Positions 57,842-64,000 of a DNA stretch of 64,000 bases are shown in pieces. The position numbers and the translations under genes are program-made. The notes beneath the pieces were generated by a model that was not told the origin of the DNA, searched no databases, and saw only the letters and a program-made list of their open reading frames with translations. The stretch's first letter is position 1, and the number at the start of each line of letters is the position of its first letter. Source of the DNA: a virus; the IMG/VR virus record IMGVR_UViG_3300005264_000040, positions 64,001 through 128,000 of that record; one strand, given 5' to 3'.

Positions 57842-58110
57842 AGCATAATATGGCATACATATTTTAAGTGTGGTATCTCTGAAATGCACTATTTATAAGG
57901 TTTTGCTGCAATGTGCTTTCTCCGTTTTCTGGAATTTTTGGCTGAATTTCTAAAATCGTCCCATTTCGGAGTGCATTTCAGCACCCAAAAAGTACCTCAA
58001 ACTCACTATTCATAGGGGTGCGTTTGACGTTCAACGGTCCTATTATATATATATAATAGAGTCGTTGCCCGTCATTTGCACCCCTTTGAATATGTACGCC
58101 ATATTATGCT
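57842..58110. repeat. Nested inverted repeats, including an 86-bp imperfect palindrome with (AT)n core
   Basis: 22-bp IR 57842-57863/58089-58110 (1 mismatch); 12-bp perfect IR 57879-57890/57970-57981; gapless palindrome 58007-58092 centred at 58049/58050. Confidence 0.9.
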
Positions 58111-58193
58111 GACATTACAAAGATATTACGAACGTAAGGGTTTTCTAAGGTATGAAAAAGAGGAGAAATACCTTAATTTTCTGAAAAAAATTA

Positions 58194-58202
58194 TGGTATA
58201 AT
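58194..58202 (+). promoter_or_regulatory. Extended -10 promoter TGGTATAAT
   Basis: 27 nt upstream of start 58229. Confidence 0.6.
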
Positions 58203-58228
58203 AATATCGAGAAAAGGAGGGTATAAGT

Positions 58229-61200
58229 ATGGCTGATGACTATGTAAATCAAATTTTTGAAAAACGAAAGGAAAATATATTATTAGATTTGCAAAATAAT
58301 ATAAATAATGTATGTAATCAATATAGCCAAATGTTGGAAGAAACAGTCTCGGGGAATTTGAATATAATAGAGGCTATGAAGAACAACGAAGACTTACAGA
58401 CATTTTTTAGGCAAACTGCTGCTGATTTGTATCACGTAGCATATGCTGCTGCTTTCGAATCCGGAGCTATTCCTTTCGTAGATAAAGTGAATCCTGAACC
58501 TGTAGGTGGAGCTTATAAATTATGGCAAGATTTTACTGCTAATTATGAAGTATTTAAAAGTCTTTGGGATGAAGACCCTAATAATTTTATAGACCTTGTA
58601 AAAAGCACATACTTAACTCCTTTAGTTGATTTTTATAATGATTTTTCAAAAGATATAAAAACTTTATGGGATTTGACTTTATATATATTAGATTGGATAA
58701 ACAAATTAAGTGATAAAATGCAAGCAGCTAATGATTTTGACCCTAAGGAAGTTAATAAAATTTTGAATAAGCACAGAACTTTGTTTTATAATGCTGCTTA
58801 TTATATGGATTATGGCGCAATTGATTTATATTATGGATTAAGCCCAAAAACATGGGAAGACTTTTTTAGTGAATTGAGAGAATATAATAATGAATTAAAT
58901 GATTTTCTAGAGCCTTATTTTATATCAACCAAACTAACGATAGGAGTTATGAACATTCCAGGTGATTTTTGTAAAGGAGGAGCTAGTGCTTCTGATATAA
59001 TTGGACTTTTGGAAGCAAAGACATCTTCTGTCAGCAATCTGACACAATATACTGCTGATGCTACAGGATTAGCAGAAGCTAATTTTACACTGAACGATAC
59101 TTTGTTTGGATTCCAATATTTTTTGTATTCAATGATGGATATGCTTTATAAAACAATAACAAATCAACCTGGAGGAAAAGCTTTCTTTTACGAATTTGTA
59201 GAAAAATATGAAGCTAAACTTCAAAACTCATACTACGAAACTATTGCAGATGATTTTAAAAGCACTTTGGACAATCAGATAAAGATAGAAGAAACAAAAA
59301 CACTTCCAGAAGATAATGAAAAACACTATTTTGAGCCTAATGAAGTACCAACAAGTAAAGTAAAAATATTGGGATATTATGATGAATCAAATAATTTTCA
59401 AACTTATGTGCTTGAAATTATACCTGCCGGAAAAAAAGTATATTTAAAACAACAAGATTGGGATGTATTAAAAGGAAGAACCATAAGTTATGTATATTCA
59501 TCTGTAGCAGGTTTATCAAAAGTATTTGAATATTTGGATTTTATCATAAATGCAGTGGCATATGCTACTGGCGATGAACAAACAAAATTAGATGTTGCTA
59601 GTACAAATGATTTTTTAGCAAAATGGTTAGAATATTCAGAAAAAAGGAAAGAAACATTCAATCAAAAAGGATTATCTGTTTTTAATACATTTGAATACAG
59701 GTTGCAATTTATGAATGAATTAGAAACATTAAAAAAAGAATTGAACGATTCTTATTACAAAGAAAACAAATATGAAAAATTTGATTCAGTTTTGCTTTTT
59801 TACAACGATTCTGTAGCTTTTTGGGAAGAGTGGAGTGCAAGGATAGAAGACCTTAGAGTTTTTTCTATTCCTGAAATTGTTGATGCTAACTCTTTGAGTT
59901 TAGAAGAAAGAGTAAAAATTTTATATAATTTTTTATTAGAAATACCTTATGTCGGATTTGTTGTGTATGTACTTGGAGTATCCACAACTTTTTATAAGGA
60001 GATGATGAAACAATTAAGGCAGGTTTTAACTCAATTTTGTAAAGATTTATTAAACCCAAGGATGTATGCATTTTTGGTAGAAAGAGCAGTACCTATACTC
60101 ACTAATTTTAAACTAGCACTAGAAACTTTTGTTGATTTTTATGAGCAGATGATAAAACCAATAATAGATTTTTTAACTAATATGGTTAATATGAATCTTT
60201 CTACAATGGAGAAAAAATTAAGAAGTTTTATTGATAACTTTCAAAAAAATGCTTTATATAGATTCGGCCTTGGAGAATATGTAGATAAATTACAAAATGT
60301 TCTAAAACTTGCAGACTGTGTTGTTAAAAATAAAGATTCAGAATTGGAATTGTTAAAAAAAGGATATGATGCTCTTATAGGAAAAAAAGTAGAAATGGCA
60401 CCTACACCTTTTTCAAATAGAGAAGAACCGGATAAAGTTGTAACTTCTAACAATAAAGTTTTAATGAGCAAAAAAGAGATAGAAACACGAACTCATATAA
60501 AGCCTCTTTCTATCACAGAAAAAGAAATGCAATTTTTATTTGGGACAGAAACAGAAGATGATTTTTTGCGTCAAATTTCAGAAATGAAAGAAATTAACAA
60601 AAAAACCACACAGAAGCAGAAACAATATGTGCCACCTGTAACGGTTTTATCTCCTGAAGTATATTTAAATGGAGATGCTGAGGAATTGCTAAGAAAAATA
60701 GAAGAAATAGATAATAGAACCGGTAATCAAGCAAGCCTTATATTAATGCAAATTGCAGCTGAAGGTTTAGATAATATACCAGACGAACCTATTAAAGATA
60801 TACCACCTGAAGCTTCTGAAGAAGAAAAACAACAAATAGAATTAGAAAATGCTAAAAGGGAATTAAAGAAAACAATAAAGAACTCACCTGATGCTGTAGA
60901 TTTTTTTGAATTTGAAGAAGAAGATTTTGATTTAGCTGCTTATTATAAAGAACAAAAAGAAAAAACTTTAGAAGAACAAAGGCAAAAAATGAAAACAGAA
61001 ATAGAAAAAGCAACCCTTCCTACAAATAAAAACGAAGTAAAAATAACAGCCGGAACTGTTATTGCTGCTAAATTAAAGAAATCAGAATTTAAACCCAAAA
61101 CAAATGTTATCATAAATAATAACAATGTACCCAAAAATGAAAATACAGAAACAAACGCAAATGACGTGTTACCTTTGGATCCTCAAGAAGTTAATGCTAT

Positions 61201-61552
61201 GGCTGGTATCAAAGAGAAGAAACAAGCTGAAGGCTTAGAATTTACTGAAGGAACTGATGAAGAATTAACAAAGACCTCTTTAACCAATACAACATTGATT
61301 ATCAATAATGTAAGTCCATCTGGTTATCCATCGCCTTCTATTGATGGAGCTACTCACCAAATGGAAGTACATCCAGCTGTAGCCCAACTAGTTAATTCTT
61401 CTTTTAACGGATTAGAATTAACTTCAGGGGTAGCAGGACAGGTATTAAGTGAAAAAAATAAAGTAGCAGCTGAAATAGTGAAAAAGACTAAAGCAATAAA
61501 AAATAATGAAGTAATAGACGTATTGGCAGCAATGAACTATTTTACTAAGTAA
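58229..61552 (+). CDS. Large helical hypothetical protein (tail/baseplate-associated)
   Basis: SD AGGAGG; first gene of the baseplate wedge operon; no recognisable motif. Confidence 0.7.
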   Translation: MADDYVNQIFEKRKENILLDLQNNINNVCNQYSQMLEETVSGNLNIIEAMKNNEDLQTFFRQTAADLYHVAYAAAFESGAIPFVDKVNPEPVGGAYKLWQDFTANYEVFKSLWDEDPNNFIDLVKSTYLTPLVDFYNDFSKDIKTLWDLTLYILDWINKLSDKMQAANDFDPKEVNKILNKHRTLFYNAAYYMDYGAIDLYYGLSPKTWEDFFSELREYNNELNDFLEPYFISTKLTIGVMNIPGDFCKGGASASDIIGLLEAKTSSVSNLTQYTADATGLAEANFTLNDTLFGFQYFLYSMMDMLYKTITNQPGGKAFFYEFVEKYEAKLQNSYYETIADDFKSTLDNQIKIEETKTLPEDNEKHYFEPNEVPTSKVKILGYYDESNNFQTYVLEIIPAGKKVYLKQQDWDVLKGRTISYVYSSVAGLSKVFEYLDFIINAVAYATGDEQTKLDVASTNDFLAKWLEYSEKRKETFNQKGLSVFNTFEYRLQFMNELETLKKELNDSYYKENKYEKFDSVLLFYNDSVAFWEEWSARIEDLRVFSIPEIVDANSLSLEERVKILYNFLLEIPYVGFVVYVLGVSTTFYKEMMKQLRQVLTQFCKDLLNPRMYAFLVERAVPILTNFKLALETFVDFYEQMIKPIIDFLTNMVNMNLSTMEKKLRSFIDNFQKNALYRFGLGEYVDKLQNVLKLADCVVKNKDSELELLKKGYDALIGKKVEMAPTPFSNREEPDKVVTSNNKVLMSKKEIETRTHIKPLSITEKEMQFLFGTETEDDFLRQISEMKEINKKTTQKQKQYVPPVTVLSPEVYLNGDAEELLRKIEEIDNRTGNQASLILMQIAAEGLDNIPDEPIKDIPPEASEEEKQQIELENAKRELKKTIKNSPDAVDFFEFEEEDFDLAAYYKEQKEKTLEEQRQKMKTEIEKATLPTNKNEVKITAGTVIAAKLKKSEFKPKTNVIINNNNVPKNENTETNANDVLPLDPQEVNAMAGIKEKKQAEGLEFTEGTDEELTKTSLTNTTLIINNVSPSGYPSPSIDGATHQMEVHPAVAQLVNSSFNGLELTSGVAGQVLSEKNKVAAEIVKKTKAIKNNEVIDVLAAMNYFTK

Positions 61553-61569
61553 GAAAGGAGCGTAAAATA

Positions 61570-63150
61570 ATGTATCCTGTAGATTTTGATGTTTTTAAAA
61601 AGAATTTCTTTAATCAATTGACAATGATGTATCCTAATATCAATTGGAATGACGAAACCAGTGTTGTTAAGAATCAAATTTTAAATCCTTTACTTTCAGA
61701 ATTTGAAAAGGTTTATAAAGATTACACACAGATGTTTAATAATATAGAAAATTTGATGTATAACAATAACGATTATGCTTCAGGAGAAACTTTGGATTTC
61801 ATTGCTTCTTTATATGGATTAAAAAGAAATCCTGGTTCAAAAACCCGAGGCCTTTTAAGTGTATATATTCCTTTTGAATTTTACCCTAAAATAGAGGCAG
61901 AAGGTTCTTTGATTTTTTCTGATATTATAATTAACATTGAAGGAAAACAATATATAATTCCAAAATTACCTATGACAATATCTCATTTGAATACAGGTGT
62001 TGTACATGTTGAGTTTGAAGCTTTAGAAAACGGTTCTACAATTTTAGGAATAAACAAAAAAATAAAATTTGCTTTAAACCCTGGAGGGGCATTTCAAAAT
62101 ACAATAGAAGTCAATGCCCAAATATTAGATGTGACTTCTGGTGAAGACGAAGAAACAGATGAGAATTTTAGAAAAAGAATAAACAACATAAAAAATAATA
62201 TCTATTTAGTAAACAAGCATCAACTTATAGAATATTTTAAAGCAGAAGAGGCAATAAAAGCAGTAGATTTTATAGATAATAACAATATTTGGAATTTAAA
62301 AGGTATAATTTCACAATATAAAATAGACAGTACAACAGGTGAAATTTTATCCGAATCTGAAATAGTGAAAGTACCATATGGATATGAATTAAAAATACAA
62401 GGTCCGGTTATTACAAAATCGGAAACTAAAACTTTATCTGCAATGACAGCATCTTATTCTATAGATATAACTTCACGTTCAAAAACTGTAGTTTCTTACT
62501 TGAAAAACAATATCAGTAGATATACTAATTTTATAGATCCTTTTTATGCAGCAACATTTTTAGTATCTACAGATACCACAGTGCCTGTATTAACAAATCT
62601 TAAATATGTAGAAATAGAAGGGCCATTATTATTTCCTTTGAAAGTATTAAGACTTTTTGATAATAAAGAATTAGAATATGGCAAAGATTTTATAACTGTA
62701 GTATATGAACCTGCAAATGCATTTACCAAGCTTCAAAAAACTATTTTTATATTCAGAGAATCATTACAATCAGACATTCAAATAGAATATGTATCTGCAG
62801 ATTTTAATCGAATTGAAGAACTTTTAAAAAAATTACCATTTGTTGCAAATGCTACCTTAAGTTATTTTAATCCTATAATGGTTCAATATACTTTTAATTC
62901 AGAAAACATTCCAGATTTTTCCGAATTCCAAAGACCAGATTATACATTAACTCCAGGTATAGATATACCTTCTAATTACTTAGTACTACAAACAATGGTA
63001 TCTGCAATGTTACCTACAGGAGGTATTACTCCATTTAAACCAATACCTAATACTACCACTATCTCAGACGCTTTAAACACTTTAGGTATAGTAGATTATC
63101 CTCCTTATAAGTTTTACACCGTAGGGCAGCTTCTAGGAGGCGGAGAATGA
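61570..63150 (+). CDS. Baseplate wedge protein, J-like
   Basis: ASGETLDFIASLYGLKR, VEFEALENG, TSGEDEETDENFRKRI. Confidence 0.85.
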   Translation: MYPVDFDVFKKNFFNQLTMMYPNINWNDETSVVKNQILNPLLSEFEKVYKDYTQMFNNIENLMYNNNDYASGETLDFIASLYGLKRNPGSKTRGLLSVYIPFEFYPKIEAEGSLIFSDIIINIEGKQYIIPKLPMTISHLNTGVVHVEFEALENGSTILGINKKIKFALNPGGAFQNTIEVNAQILDVTSGEDEETDENFRKRINNIKNNIYLVNKHQLIEYFKAEEAIKAVDFIDNNNIWNLKGIISQYKIDSTTGEILSESEIVKVPYGYELKIQGPVITKSETKTLSAMTASYSIDITSRSKTVVSYLKNNISRYTNFIDPFYAATFLVSTDTTVPVLTNLKYVEIEGPLLFPLKVLRLFDNKELEYGKDFITVVYEPANAFTKLQKTIFIFRESLQSDIQIEYVSADFNRIEELLKKLPFVANATLSYFNPIMVQYTFNSENIPDFSEFQRPDYTLTPGIDIPSNYLVLQTMVSAMLPTGGITPFKPIPNTTTISDALNTLGIVDYPPYKFYTVGQLLGGGE

Positions 63151-63961
63151 TGTTTTTTGATGCTCACAAATTTTGGGAAAAGTTATGTCTTACAACATCC
63201 GAAATATAAAAGATATGACAGAAGAATTATTTGAATTTGGGATTAATGCAAATATTAAAGTTACATTACCTGTATCTTTTTCTTATAATGCCGATACTAA
63301 AGAATATATTGGCATTGAATATGATAATGGAATAATAATTGAAAATGAAGATATTTTTGAAATTACTGAAGTTGATTTGTTTTTAGATGAGGAACTAGTA
63401 CAATCTTTTACAGAAACAACTAAACTTCCAGATAATAAATTCAAGCTCAATTTTGACGTAGAAAGCTTATTTGCTGAAGAAGAAAAAGGGATGAAATATT
63501 TTACTCTATTAGCAACAGGTCTTGTCTTTAATTTTGAAGGAGTAAAATCTTTATATGATGACTTGGATTATGTAGGTGCTAAAATATTACAAATACATAA
63601 TTTTGCTTCGATAGAAGAAGTAAGAAATGCACATCCTTTAAAAAGAGAAGATATAGCGTATAGACTTGCAACTGCAGCATTTGTGTTAAAAACAGGAATG
63701 TATTTTAAAAACAATTATTTAAATCTTTTGAGTATAATAAAAGGGATGCCTTATGCGCCAATAGGCGGAAAAATACTTGGTTATAAATATAACTCTTTAT
63801 ATGGATATACAGGAGTACAAATAGAAAGCAGAAATAATAAAAAATATTGGTTCTGGTTTTCGGGTGATTTCAGAAATAATTTATGGTATAATATTGATGA
63901 TGAAATAGAGAGGGGAGACCCACTTACTAATTTAATTGATATTGAAATTGTGAGGAGTTGA
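63147..63961 (+). CDS. Baseplate wedge protein; SD-supported start at 63147 is one frame off from track ORF 63173..63961
   Basis: AGGAGG-N6-ATG overlapping the upstream stop gives MMFFDAHKFWEK; the -1 frame continues VMSYNIRNIKDMTEELF. Confidence 0.6.
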
Positions 63962-63966
63962 GGAAT

Positions 63967-64000
63967 ATGGATTTTTTTCCTTATGCAGTTACTTCAAATT
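63967..64000 (+). CDS. Start of next gene (MDFFPYAVTSN...), truncated by window end
   Basis: GAGGA SD before ATG; open to window edge. Confidence 0.45.
   Translation, partial: MDFFPYAVTSN

Larger units (their letters stand above)
1..64000. mobile_element. Segment of a large myovirus-type phage (or prophage) genome encoding its own multisubunit-type RNA polymerase
   Basis: Terminase, portal, protease, capsid, sheath, tubes, baseplate J, spike and lysin all present; no host housekeeping operons; no integrase or att site visible. Confidence 0.95.

Noticed and set aside
57800-57865. Possible donor for the missing RNAP segment (minus-strand ATGCCATAT.. and ..TATAATTTC..)
   Set aside because: Fragments are non-contiguous, separated by a stop, and do not encode GYNFED; chance match in AT-rich DNA
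57719-58228. tRNA, tmRNA or known riboswitch in the large intergenic gap
   Set aside because: No cloverleaf, T-loop or recognisable aptamer consensus; pairing shows no strand preference. An Infernal/Rfam search would be needed to exclude this fully
79-62729. Numerous short opposite-strand ORFs in the track (e.g. 79..348, 15363..15725, 30470..31051, 44031..44309)
   Set aside because: Antisense shadows of long, well-supported genes; S/F/L-rich composition, no SD, no motifs

Overview
An AT-rich 64-kb segment of a large contractile-tailed (myovirus-type) phage genome, almost fully coding under code 11. No tRNA, rRNA, CRISPR array, integrase or reverse transcriptase was seen. Layout: (i) 1-11.4 kb (+): head/neck/tail operon with internal head proteins, prohead protease, decoration protein, HK97-type capsid, neck, sheath and two tube paralogues. 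(ii) 11.4-38.6 kb (-): membrane HD-GYP phosphodiesterase, holin-like genes, large terminase, six large fibre-like proteins and a phage two-barrel RNA polymerase (beta and beta' on one chain, interrupted at 32104). (iii) 38.7-41.7 kb (+): tmk / Zn-ribbon / rusA cassette. (iv) 41.7-57.7 kb (-): HU, spike, a sigma70-family factor, hub, GH73 lysin, portal and another fibre-like gene. (v) a ~500-bp divergent intergenic region with nested inverted repeats. (vi) 58.2-64 kb (+): a large unknown protein and baseplate wedge genes. Most striking patterns: a cysteine-free, zinc-site-free, single-chain beta-beta' RNAP with an atypical sigma (candidate virion-injected transcription system) that lacks exactly the conserved 11-residue xMPxxGYNFED segment at a palindromic junction; a K-x-A-[S/A] motif occurring 20 times in seven predicted head proteins (candidate protease cleavage code); seven fibre-like proteins sharing a C-terminal rather than N-terminal module; and an 86-bp imperfect palindrome with an (AT)n core. 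Five reading-frame breaks occur, so sequence error must be excluded before they are read as biology. All product names come from motif recognition by eye, not database searches.
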